This document shows, one piece after another, positions 50,444-60,812 of a DNA stretch of 64,000 nucleotides. Source of the DNA: Albugo candida (taxonomy: Eukaryota); contig JBDOQK010000050.1 of the NCBI GenBank assembly GCA_040437565.1, positions 186,001-250,000 of the forward strand. The letters are read 5' to 3'. The stretch's first letter is position 1. Every line of letters begins with the position of its first letter. The translations under genes and the position numbers were made by a program. Under the pieces are notes generated by a model. It was not told the origin of the DNA, made no database searches, and was given only the letters and a program-made list of their open reading frames with translations.

Positions 50444-51526
50444 TTTATTGATATTGTATGCGCCAACNNNNNNNNNNNNNNNNNNNNNNNNNNNNNNNNN
50501 NNNNNNNNNNNNNNNNNNNNNNNNNNNNNNNNNNNNNNNNNNNNNNNNNNNNNNNNNNNNNNNNNNNGGCCATTTTATTGATATTGTATGCGCCAACCAA
50601 TTTGGGATGAAATTGAACTTGGGTCCTACTTTAGAGTTTCACATCGAGTAAGGACTCCGTAGATCGTGTTCCATCGGAGCTTTTACATTACGATATTCTA
50701 CAGAATCGGCTAAAGAATAATACCAATGTGCGCTTTCAGTCTACACACTCGATACAGGAGACAGGCTAACAACTACGTGCTTGACCATTCGACTCAGATC
50801 GCATTACTGCGTAATCCGCAACTATCTTATTACTGACATCTGGTACAGCGGCACAGATCGAGAACAACTGTTTCGTTTTAAAGAAACTCTTTCACTTGGA
50901 ATAGTAGAAAGCCGGAAGATCATTTGCGTAGCGTTCAGCCGTCTAATCTGAAGCAACAGCTTCTCAATCGCTGCGGCCAAATAGCTTGCAATACCCACTG
51001 TGTTATGACAATTAACAATGGCTCTGACATGATCTTTACCAATACTTTTTCCATGTAACATAATAGCTGATTTTACTCTAAAATGAAACTCGTTGACTTG
51101 CGCATCACCCTTTACATTACTTTACAAAAGGCATTCGTGTCTTTGACCACATTATGTGTCGATGACAACATAATATCACTTAACCGCACGAGACGGACGC
51201 CATGCTAGAGGTATTTTTAAACCGCAATACCCCTACAGAACATCTGTCATTTTCTGTCATTCTTGTCACCTTTCTGTCTATACATTACATTCGCAGACAT
51301 GTGTGCATCCCAGAGGCATAGAGTTTCAGAGTGCAGTGGCTTTGTGGCACAACGATCAATCGATTCATTGTACTCGCTGCCTCAATCATCTCTATTCCGT
51401 CAACATACATCAAATATGAGTGAGGCGTCGAGGCATATCTTGGTTCCCAAGTCTCAGCCTTGGACATCGCAACGCGTTTTACCGCATCACTCGAAAGCGA
51501 AACGAGTCGAACGGCTTCCACATACA

Positions 51527-52522
51527 ATGAAAGCTCATCGTTTGTCGGTTTTATGGCGTATAGCTTTACTACTAATAGGATCAAATTCCGCGAGGCTTAT
51601 TTCAGGCCAAGCGCATTCATGTTATAGTAACAGCGAGTGTGGAAGTGGAGCCAGTTGTGTGGCTGGCGATTCCTCCACACGAGTCCAGTTTTGTGTCGCA
51701 GATCCTCCTTGTGGTGGCACAACAGTAGGAAATTGTCCCGTGGATGCTGTTGCAGGTCAATTGACATGTATCTGGCGCCCCGACATTGATTGCAGAAGAG
51801 AGGCTACTGGATGCTCTATGAAAAATGGTTCTTACGGAATTTATAAATGTGTTTCATCAGAACGATGCGACGCTTACTTTGGAAATGCTGCCTGTAGCTG
51901 TAAGTACGCGTTGCTTGTAGAGATTCATACCGACGTTTGTATTGTATACAGCCACTTGCTCGAAAGATGGAAAACAATGCAATGGTCGAGGAAGCTGCCT
52001 CACACGAAATGGCGACGTTTCCTCACTGGCTTGTTCGTGCGACTCTGGATGGATGGGAGCGCTTTGTGAGACAGTTGTGGATGGTACGAGTCTTCACCTT
52101 ATCGATTTGATTGTTATTTATCTAAATTGGTAGATTCTTGCGTGGAAAGCACGAGAGAGTGTGGTGATCATGGAAGCTGTCAGAATGGAGCATGTGTATG
52201 CTCTAGCGGATACACTGGAAAGCAATGTGAGATTGTACCCGAGACGACAAAAACAGACAAGTATGAGAGAGCTAAAATCACTAGGGATCCGAATGCTTTG
52301 GCTGGTAGTAAACACGAGTCGGAGAAGAAGTCTTCCAAGTTTGGATGGTTTATTGGTGTGGTACTAGCTGCCGTCATGCTTGTCCTAATCGCGGCGGTGT
52401 TTGTGATGTATGCCAAGAAGAAGAAAAACGCTCAAGCAGGAAACGGACTCGCAGGTTTATATCGACATTCAAATAGCAGCACGGGACCACCTACTCCGAA
52501 GCAAAATATCGTCATCATGTAG
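51527..52522 (+). CDS. EGF/tenascin-like repeat single-pass membrane protein, 3 exons
   Basis: Signal leader MKAHRLSVLWRIALLLIG, Cys-rich domain, EGF repeats CNGRGSC..CSCDSGWMGALC and CGDHGSCQNGACVCSSGYTGKQC, TM then KKKK; introns 51900-51951 and 52084-52133. Confidence 0.85.
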
Positions 52523-52870
52523 ATTCAGTAGTATTTATGGTATTCAATGTGATAGAATTGTGATTCTTTAGTCATTCTATAGACGTGTGGTAGCTTCAAA
52601 CATCAAGTATCAATTTTCTCGAAGCACTGCAAGCACTCTTATCCCATTCAGCGAGCTGATAACTCCCAATTAGATCAGTATCTCGGAACGGTTCAAGCGC
52701 CGCTGTNNNNNNNNNNNNNNNNNNNNNNNNNNNNNNNNNNNNNNNNNNNNNNNNNNNNNNNNNNNNNNNNNNNNNNNNNNNNNNNNNNNNNNNNNNNNNN
52801 NNNNNNTATTTATGGTATTCAATGTGATAGAATTGTGATTCTTTAGTCATTCTATAGACGTGTGGTAGCT

Positions 52871-53665
52871 TCAAACATCAAGTATCAATTTTCTCGAAGC
52901 ACTGCAAGCACTCTTATCCCATTCAGCGAGCTGATAACTCCCAATTAGATCAGTATCTCGGAACGGTTCAAGCGCCGCTGTATCGCTTTCTGGCAGCGCG
53001 TATTCGTCCAGCTCCATTCCAGACATCATTTGCAGGGCGATATTGGACGGAAGATCCAATATGTCATGATTTTGATTCTCTCTCACATACTGATGCAAAG
53101 GATGCTCCGTGAAAAGATCGTCCAACATATCGTCTCCCTTTTGGAGCGAAAGCTGAGTTGCATCGAGGAATGTATCAGGCTCTTCCCTGATAGTCTCATT
53201 TCGAATGGACCTGTTTTGATTCTTGTCATTTGTGCTCGGGTTCATTTCATCGAAATATCTTTTTCGTGACGTGAGTACTGATCCTGCAGGGAGATCATTC
53301 CTGAGCATTGAATTCTCTACATTGTCTTCTGTAAGCGGACGACCAAACAGCACACGGTATGTCGCCTTTCGATAGATACTTCTTGTCTCCGAGTCGTACA
53401 AAACCTGACCACGCTGCTGCGGACTTGACACGGGTCGAAGCTGTCCTGGCTTCATCACGTCATCACGCTTCACATGCACAATTTTTGGTGGTGTTAGCTC
53501 CAATAAATAAGTCTGTTTTCCTGCTTCATTCAATGTCTATGGCTCACATCAGCTTACGTTCAATATATAGCAGTATTCGCTTACCTCTGCATCCTCAAAC
53601 CATTCCCCGTGATCCATACGTCTGCGTTTATAAGCACAGCACTACAAATTCCACGCGAATGCCAT
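52871..53665 (-). CDS. Hypothetical protein, at least 2 exons, 5' end uncertain
   Basis: 222-codon exon 53536-52871 preceded by a phase-0 GT-AG intron 53584-53537; the upstream exon has an in-frame TAG at 53644-53642 if it starts at ATG 53665. Confidence 0.55.
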
Positions 53666-53912
53666 GTCAGTGCATCGACATGTAGACAGAAGTATGAAAG
53701 TGTGAGATTTTTTATTGCATTAATGCTTACGTCTCGCTCAATCGGCTTGGGCTTGTATCCGCTGATGGATCCGGAGATGCTTTGCATTCTAAATCCGCTA
53801 CTGAATGAGCCGTCGGCACCTTTTCAGCATCCAAGTGCTGTGGAAGATGTGATTAGAACTGCTGCAAACACCAAGCTTCCTCGAATGCTCCGAGTTCTCC
53901 GTATTCGGTCAT

Positions 53913-56552
53913 TCATCGTCTGGATTGGCCCCATGAAGATTTTGGGTATGAGAATCTCGATACCGAGGAGCTCTGAGACGACTGTGAAGCTTGTGATGGT
54001 CGTATCATGGAAAGAGGAAGCTTTCGTTTTGATTTGTTCCGATCAGCGGCTTGTGTTTGTTCCATCGTTTGAGACGATTGCCCCGCTGCGGCTTTGGATC
54101 GACCACCACGCTGAGTAACCTCTGTTCCTGTTTTACTTTGGAATTCCTCATCGCTGCTAATTTCATCTATTTTGCTTGATAATCGTTTCGTTATTACTTT
54201 TCCAGCATTGTGCTGTGAATCCGTGATGGATGATTCGAATCCAAAGTTGAAAAGATCTCGTTTGGATCCCGACTTCACGGGTGCTTTCTTCGCTGCTTTC
54301 CGCTTTGAAGTTCCAGCTTGAGCGGTAAGAGGTTTGCGTCGAGATGTCGTTCCACGTGTCATTTTCGGCTTTATCGAAGTCTTACGTCTTGTTCTTGGAG
54401 GACTCTCTGACTCATCGCCTGTTTCTACCTCAGACACATAATCGTCGCTTTCGCCTTCATCGGATACAAGAGCCAAATCATCTCGTTGCTTTGCTTTTAA
54501 GCCACCAAATCTTGTGCTTGTCCTCTTTGACAGGGCCCCTTTGCTCGATAAAATACATTCTGTTTCCAACTCAAGATCCACATCCATTGTTTCGCTTCTT
54601 TTTTGTGGCTCTGTTCGATTTCTACCAAGCTTTTTTTTGTCTCCTAATGTTTTTGACCGCGGAGGATGATGACCAAACGACGTTTCTTTCGTCTGTTCTT
54701 CTTCATCTGAATCAGTAGCAACGTTGCCCGTGAAATTCCGAAACGGGCCTTTTCCGGAAGGTGCCTTCCTACCAGTGATCTTTGCTTTACGGCCAGAATC
54801 CGATGAGATGATATCTGTAGTAGCTCGTGCATCATTGTCAATAAAGCCATCCACCTCGTCACCACTATCCAGTTCATCATATTCGTTCCGATCGCTTCTT
54901 GGTGCATTGTGCTCATTTTCAAGCTGCTCAGCTTTGTGCCCTGCATTCACTCGTTCCTTGTGTTTCTCGGCAATATCCATTATGTCTTGCCGAGTCTTGG
55001 TGCCCTTCTCCTTGACTAACTGCTGCTGCGTTGTCTCCAGGCAAGCATCCACAGCTTCTTCAATTGCACCCGGAATTCTTCTGATGACATAATCTTCCAA
55101 TGCTTCAGCCAGTGCAGTTTCTGGTAAAAAGCAGAGTTTTTGCTCGGGTAAATGTAATTGCTGCTTGAGTAAATCTTCAATTGTTAGCGTATCCAGTCGA
55201 GTGGGTGGAATTGGTCCATGAGAGGCCCAAACTTGTTCTCTTCGCGTACTGCCCTCTTTTTTATTCATCGTGCCAGCGCGTCTCCTGAAAAACAACAAAA
55301 TATCATTAGGATTCGCCACTTTGCCAACAAATCTCGCCCCGAAGCGTTGATTGTGCAAAACGGGAAAGCCTGAATGCTCGACTCGCAGCCTCACTAAAAC
55401 TTCTTTATGTTTGTTCTTAGCATTGTTTTTGAGCGCTATCTCTTGAGCCTGGCCAATTAATTCCGTCACACGAGCTTCCAAAACGGTCTGAATATGTTGA
55501 GCGACATCCGGATGATTTGGATCTAAACCTCGCTCCTCAGCGAGTATAATTTCTCCAATTTTGAACGGCCGAACAGAACACAACGGTTTGGTCCACTGCC
55601 GGAATTTGTTTCCTGCAATTTCAATAATTGCAATTTTCTTCTCGCGAGCTTCTCCTTCCACAAGCGATGTCGCAATCGACGATCCAGGCTGCATTATAAA
55701 ATACTCTCCCAACACAGAGTCTTCAGGTTCTATGAGACATTCATGTTCATGTCCCCATATTACCAGATCCATGAATGTCGGAATCATACTTTCACTCAGA
55801 CAATTTTTACTTCCTCTCCCTTTATTCTCTCTGTTTTGATGGACAACAAGCAAATTAAACCATGTATCGGGCTCTTCCACTGGACGATGAAACAAGACTT
55901 TTTGCTGCTCAAACATTCGATACAGCCTCTCATCGCGCATATTTCCAAGCCCGTACAATGCTATTTTGCTAGATTCTTTCCGTATAAGAATAGGAAACAC
56001 TTCCATCACATCGACCCGTTCCATCTTTCCAAAATAATTGAGTAAATTACTGGCACTCAGAATGTCTAATGCTGCGAGTGATTTGAAGGAGGAACAGGTC
56101 GTAGAGGATTCTGTATTAGTTCCTCCACCAGAGAATTCTCGCGTCGGATCATCGTGATTGCCGTGGATGCTAAAGACTGGCAGCTCGATATTATAATTAG
56201 GATCCTCATAGTTTACGACTCCAAAATTCGGAAAATTAATGCTTTGGTCGCTCACAATTTGAAACGCAATGGGATTATCGCCCATGCAATAAGAACGTAG
56301 TAGTCGCATGGTCTGATAAAGCGTATTTCGACTCGGCTTGTTCTCATGAAACAAATCACCAGCTAAAAGAACGAAATTGACACACTCTTGTTTTGCATAC
56401 TCAAGGATCTCTTGGAATGTTCGGAAAGAGTCGTCTCCACGTATCGGGTCTTTCTCTGCGTATCCTAAATGGTTGTCCGTTGCAACCAGAATACGAACTG
56501 GAGCATTAGCTTCCATGGTCATGTCTATGGAGACATTTAGTGTGGTATACAT
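53913..56552 (-). CDS. MRE11: Double-strand break repair nuclease MRE11
   Basis: ILVATDNHLG, GDLFHENKPS, NYEDPN, FSIHGNHDDP, LYGLG, VHQNR, WGHEHEC, QPGSS, FVGKVANP. Confidence 0.97.
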   Translation of the reverse strand: MYTTLNVSIDMTMEANAPVRILVATDNHLGYAEKDPIRGDDSFRTFQEILEYAKQECVNFVLLAGDLFHENKPSRNTLYQTMRLLRSYCMGDNPIAFQIVSDQSINFPNFGVVNYEDPNYNIELPVFSIHGNHDDPTREFSGGGTNTESSTTCSSFKSLAALDILSASNLLNYFGKMERVDVMEVFPILIRKESSKIALYGLGNMRDERLYRMFEQQKVLFHRPVEEPDTWFNLLVVHQNRENKGRGSKNCLSESMIPTFMDLVIWGHEHECLIEPEDSVLGEYFIMQPGSSIATSLVEGEAREKKIAIIEIAGNKFRQWTKPLCSVRPFKIGEIILAEERGLDPNHPDVAQHIQTVLEARVTELIGQAQEIALKNNAKNKHKEVLVRLRVEHSGFPVLHNQRFGARFVGKVANPNDILLFFRRRAGTMNKKEGSTRREQVWASHGPIPPTRLDTLTIEDLLKQQLHLPEQKLCFLPETALAEALEDYVIRRIPGAIEEAVDACLETTQQQLVKEKGTKTRQDIMDIAEKHKERVNAGHKAEQLENEHNAPRSDRNEYDELDSGDEVDGFIDNDARATTDIISSDSGRKAKITGRKAPSGKGPFRNFTGNVATDSDEEEQTKETSFGHHPPRSKTLGDKKKLGRNRTEPQKRSETMDVDLELETECILSSKGALSKRTSTRFGGLKAKQRDDLALVSDEGESDDYVSEVETGDESESPPRTRRKTSIKPKMTRGTTSRRKPLTAQAGTSKRKAAKKAPVKSGSKRDLFNFGFESSITDSQHNAGKVITKRLSSKIDEISSDEEFQSKTGTEVTQRGGRSKAAAGQSSQTMEQTQAADRNKSKRKLPLSMIRPSQASQSSQSSSVSRFSYPKSSWGQSRR

Positions 56553-56655
56553 TAATTTGACATCGAAGAAAAAAGAATCTGTTCAGAAAATCTTTAATAG
56601 CTGCATACATCTCGTCAGTTTTCATCGTATTCTCTTGCAAGTCTGCAGTTTGAAA

Positions 56656-58353
56656 ATGAGAGAGCAGCAAGAAATCAGTTCCTTACAAAATGAAGAATCG
56701 AGTAGCGTTGATCCGAGTCTCACCGGGTCATCTGTAGGGCAGTCTGAAGAAGGATCAGCTCGGCATGAGCGCGACACACGATTATACACACTCCGCGTTG
56801 CATTCGTTGGCAATGTTGACAGCGGTAAATCAAGTTTGATTGGAACTTTGATCAAAGGCGAGCTCGACGATGGTCGAGGATCATCTCGAAAGGCGATTTT
56901 CCGTCACAAACATGAGATCGAAACCGGTCGAACAAGCTCTGTTGCGACAGCATACATCGGATTTGACGTGAATGGAAATCAAATTGTATCGAAACGAGCT
57001 GGAAAGTCTATTCCTTCCGCAGAACTTGCAAGTATTGCAGAGAAACGGATCCAATTGATCGATTTGGCTGGACATGAAAAGTATCTCAAGACGACAGTGT
57101 ATGGGTTGACTGGTATGCAACCAGATATTGTTATTGTCGTGATTGGTGCCAATATGGGTGTCAAGCGGATGACAAAAGAGCATTTGGCCATTGCTGTTGC
57201 TGTGAGTGGCATAATAGCTCGTTATCATCTTGAGAAAACAACCAGTCTAATTCTTTTTGCAGCTTGAAATTCCAATCATTGTTGCCTTGACCAAGATTGA
57301 TATCGCACCGAAAAATGTTGCTTTGGAAACTATGAAAGTTATTCGCCAGTCGCTGAGACGATGTACGTGAACTCCAAGGAATTGGCATCAGTTTGTAACT
57401 CACATCTTCGTATATAACTAGATGGGAAGATGGCCATCACTGTAAGGACTGAAGAACAGGCAGCAAAAGCAGCAGCGAATTTGATTTCAGGTCGTATTGC
57501 TCCGATCTTACCGATATCCAACGTTACTGGAGATGGATTATCGAATTTAAAACATTTCTTCTCTGAGATATCGCCATGTGCTTTGATCAAACGCAATCTT
57601 TCATTGAAATCATCAGGATCTTCGGAAAAATCCGAGAAGGCAAACGAGCATAACAAGGAGATGGATATCAATTTGAATGATAACGTCGAACTTCCTGTGG
57701 ACGAGACGTATCAAGTACCTGGTGTTGGATTCGTCATTGCTGGCACACTTGGTCAAGGAGAAATTAAAGTGAACGATACATTTTTGCTTGGTCCGGACTA
57801 CTATGGGCACTTCCAAAAGGTATCGATACGGAGCATTGAATGCATGTACCTTCCTGTCAAATCGATCTCACAAGGTCAAACAGCGGCAATCGCGGTACGT
57901 CCAGTCAACAAGAAACAAATCATCAATCGCTCTACTTTTCGTAAAGGAATGGTGCTACTCTCTTCAAATATGTGTGTTGACAACTACGTTTCTCATACGT
58001 TTGAAGCACGTGTTATTATATTACACCACCAGACTACAGTAACACTTGGATACCAGCCCATGATAAACTGCAGAACAATCAGACAGACGGCAAAAATCAT
58101 TGCTATCGAGGATCTGTGTCAACATTCAAAACCAGAATCGTTTTCAGGGCAATTATCTGAACAAGATCACGAAGATGTGCCGGCAATTCGAACAGGAGAT
58201 CGCGCTCTGGTACGCTTCAAGTTCATTCATTCACCAGAGTTTCTTCGGAAGGGTATGCGATTTGTGTTTCGTGATGGGCAAGCTAAAGGCATTGGAAAAG
58301 TGATACGATTAATACCAATGGAGAAATATAACAGCAACGAACATAGCACCTAG
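56656..58353 (+). CDS. GTPBP1/GTPBP2-family translational GTPase, 3 exons
   Basis: GNVDSGKS, RHKHEIETGRTSS, IDLAGHEKYLKTT, TKID, SNVTG, EF-Tu-like domains II/III; introns 57202-57262 and 57363-57421. Confidence 0.93.
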
Positions 58354-59529
58354 ATATTCAATCGATCAGGTGTAATAGTGGAGAGCTTATAGATCGTCCA
58401 GGAAGCGGCGCGATGCGAATTCAAGTTTGCACGGATGTTCTCATAAAAGAAGTCTCCTCCATCGAATTCAAGTGCAAGGCCTGACAAGAAGATCAAGATT
58501 CTATTCAATCAAACTCTCGACATCTTTTGGTTTCATACTCCAGAAACACTGAGAATTGGTCCACACATTTCGCTGGGAAGGACACTCACAATGCAACTTC
58601 TACATCACTCGATAGCATCGAGATGACGTCTTCGTGTCTCAAATCGATGGTTAACATATTCTGTTCAGAATTTCTCTTGGGGTTGCTCCATATCGCAGAA
58701 ATGTTATTATGGCAGGTATATTTGGCGGAGAGAAGCTTATGTGATCCTTTTTCGTCTTAGAATTTGGCCGGGACAGCACGTTAATGAATGTTTATGATAT
58801 GAATATATATGTATATGCACATACAACTCAAAGCCAGCGAAAGGAGGGCTCGTTTTGTGGAACAAAATTTTTTTGGATACACGCCGATCATACGATGTTG
58901 CGATTTACAATTATGAAGAGACATCTCAGCCGGTCACGATTCTGTAACAAATCAGTTTTTACGTCTTGCATCCCGCCATAGAGCATCGTTCAAAGCTAAA
59001 GGAGNNNNNNNNNNNNNNNNNNNNNNNNNNNNNNNNNNNNNNNNNNNNNNNNNNNNNNNNNNNNNNNNNNNNNNNNNNNNNNNNNNNNNNNNNNNNNNNN
59101 NNNNACAAAATTTTTTTGGATACACGCCGATCATACGATGTTGCGATTTACAATTATGAAGAGACATCTCAGCCGGTCACGATTCTGTAACAAATCAGTT
59201 TTTACGTCTTGCATCCCGCCATAGAGCATCGTTCAAAGCTAAAGGAGTCAGTAAGGCTGAGTGTGTATTCCCAAAGTACGACAAAATTTTTTTTGACGCT
59301 GTCATGAAGACGCTCCCGGTTACCCCTGGGTGGATTGGTGAGCTAGCATAAATACATCACGAGGTTGGAGTTCCAGTAAGAACTTTGCATTGTCTCATTT
59401 ATAAATTTGCCATCTACTTTTCCCGTGACTGCAGTAGCCCATGCTCATTGGCGAAAGTTTTGCTGTTGGAAACACGTACTACTGTGCAGAGGCACTTAAT
59501 CGCCGTCATTGTCTTTGCGTACTTCGACT

Positions 59530-59730
59530 CGCCGTTGTTGATAATCCTTTTAATAAATGCATCTCTCTCACGCATTTTTGCGCTGTGGTCCTTAAGCAAC
59601 CGCTCGATAAAAGCATTTTTTTCGCTTATTTGAGCGGTATGATTATCGACCAAACGCTCAATCATCGCGTCTTTCTCCCGCAATTGCCCATTTTTTGTAT
59701 TAATTGACCGCTCAATCATTGCGTTTTTGT
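59530..59730 (-). repeat. Degenerate 54-nt (18-aa) tandem repeat, about 4 units, in ORF 59414-59797
   Basis: KNAMIERSINTKNGQLRE / KDAMIERLVDNHTAQISE / KNAFIERLLKDHSAKMRE / RDAFIKRI. Confidence 0.7.
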
Positions 59731-60812
59731 GAGATAATTGCTCACGTTGACGATCGATTTCGGCGCAAAGAGTTTTTACGTCCGTCATTCTGTGCAAACT
59801 GAAGAATGGAGAACGTACATAGTAGCATTGTACAGTTGGGGAGAAGCAGTTGACAAATATTCTTGCAAAAATGGTTGTATCTTGTCGATTGAAGGGATGG
59901 CAACGGCCTATCTGGGAGATTGCCTAAACCGTCTGATGCTGGCTGCTCTTCAATCCCATAAAACGAACCTCGTTGCCGCCGCAAAAGTGCCGTAAATAGA
60001 TTTGAAATGAAAAAATGTGTGCGTCCCAGAGCCAAAATACAAGCTGCGTTCAATTGCAAAAGCTTGATTTACTGTCTCATAAGCTATTTTTTTACAAGGA
60101 TTCCATTTACACTGTTTCTCTGGTTCTTTAACTACCTTCCTTATCCTATCATGAGGCCTTTGCCGTGATGACTTGAGTCTGGCTTCAAATGGATCGTAAG
60201 CTATTATAATTTATGTTGGCGCCTTGCTAGAGAAGATAGAATGGAATTTCAGGCACCAGTCATGACTAAATACTTTAAATCTATCCGTACCATGTCGAAA
60301 AAATAGACATAGGATCCTAATTTGACAAGACTCAAATAGTCTGGCCATTGATGATCGACTCCGATTGTATCCTGGTCAAGCATAGCTGCGCGATCTCCGA
60401 TGATGTTATGTTGACACCGCCAGAATTATCTGTCGATAGAAACACATGTACGTCACTAAATGTTTGTTTTTGTAATGCGGGAGTGCTATACAGTAGCGGG
60501 TCTAAAAGAGTTGAGTCATGGTTTCAAAAAATAGTTTTACAAGGGAAAAAGTCATGAAGGGTGCTGGGCAACTCCTGTCAGGCCTTACAACAGTCGTGAC
60601 ATTGATTGCTCGACCATTGAGATCGGAGAAACCAAAAGCATGTTCCAACAATCCCGTTGATACAACGTATTTGGACGTGGATCGTTCCACTTTGTAGTTC
60701 CCATGTTGGCAATATACAGCACGACGTGCGCAAGTGATTGAGAGAAAAACGCTTGGCGATAAAATTGAACCCAAAAAGGGATGACACATGAATAAAATAT
60801 GCGATTTGGCAG

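Noticed and set aside
53609-54118. Plus-strand 169-aa ORF and other antisense ORFs overlapping real genes
   Set aside because: Shadow frames of well-supported genes on the opposite strand, with no independent motifs.
60300-60789. Minus-strand short ORFs with a signal-like start and a CHDC tetrapeptide (possible CHxC effector relic)
   Set aside because: Leader and CHDC are in different frames, the ORFs are under 100 aa and start 24 nt after the OCRL stop; chance is a sufficient explanation.
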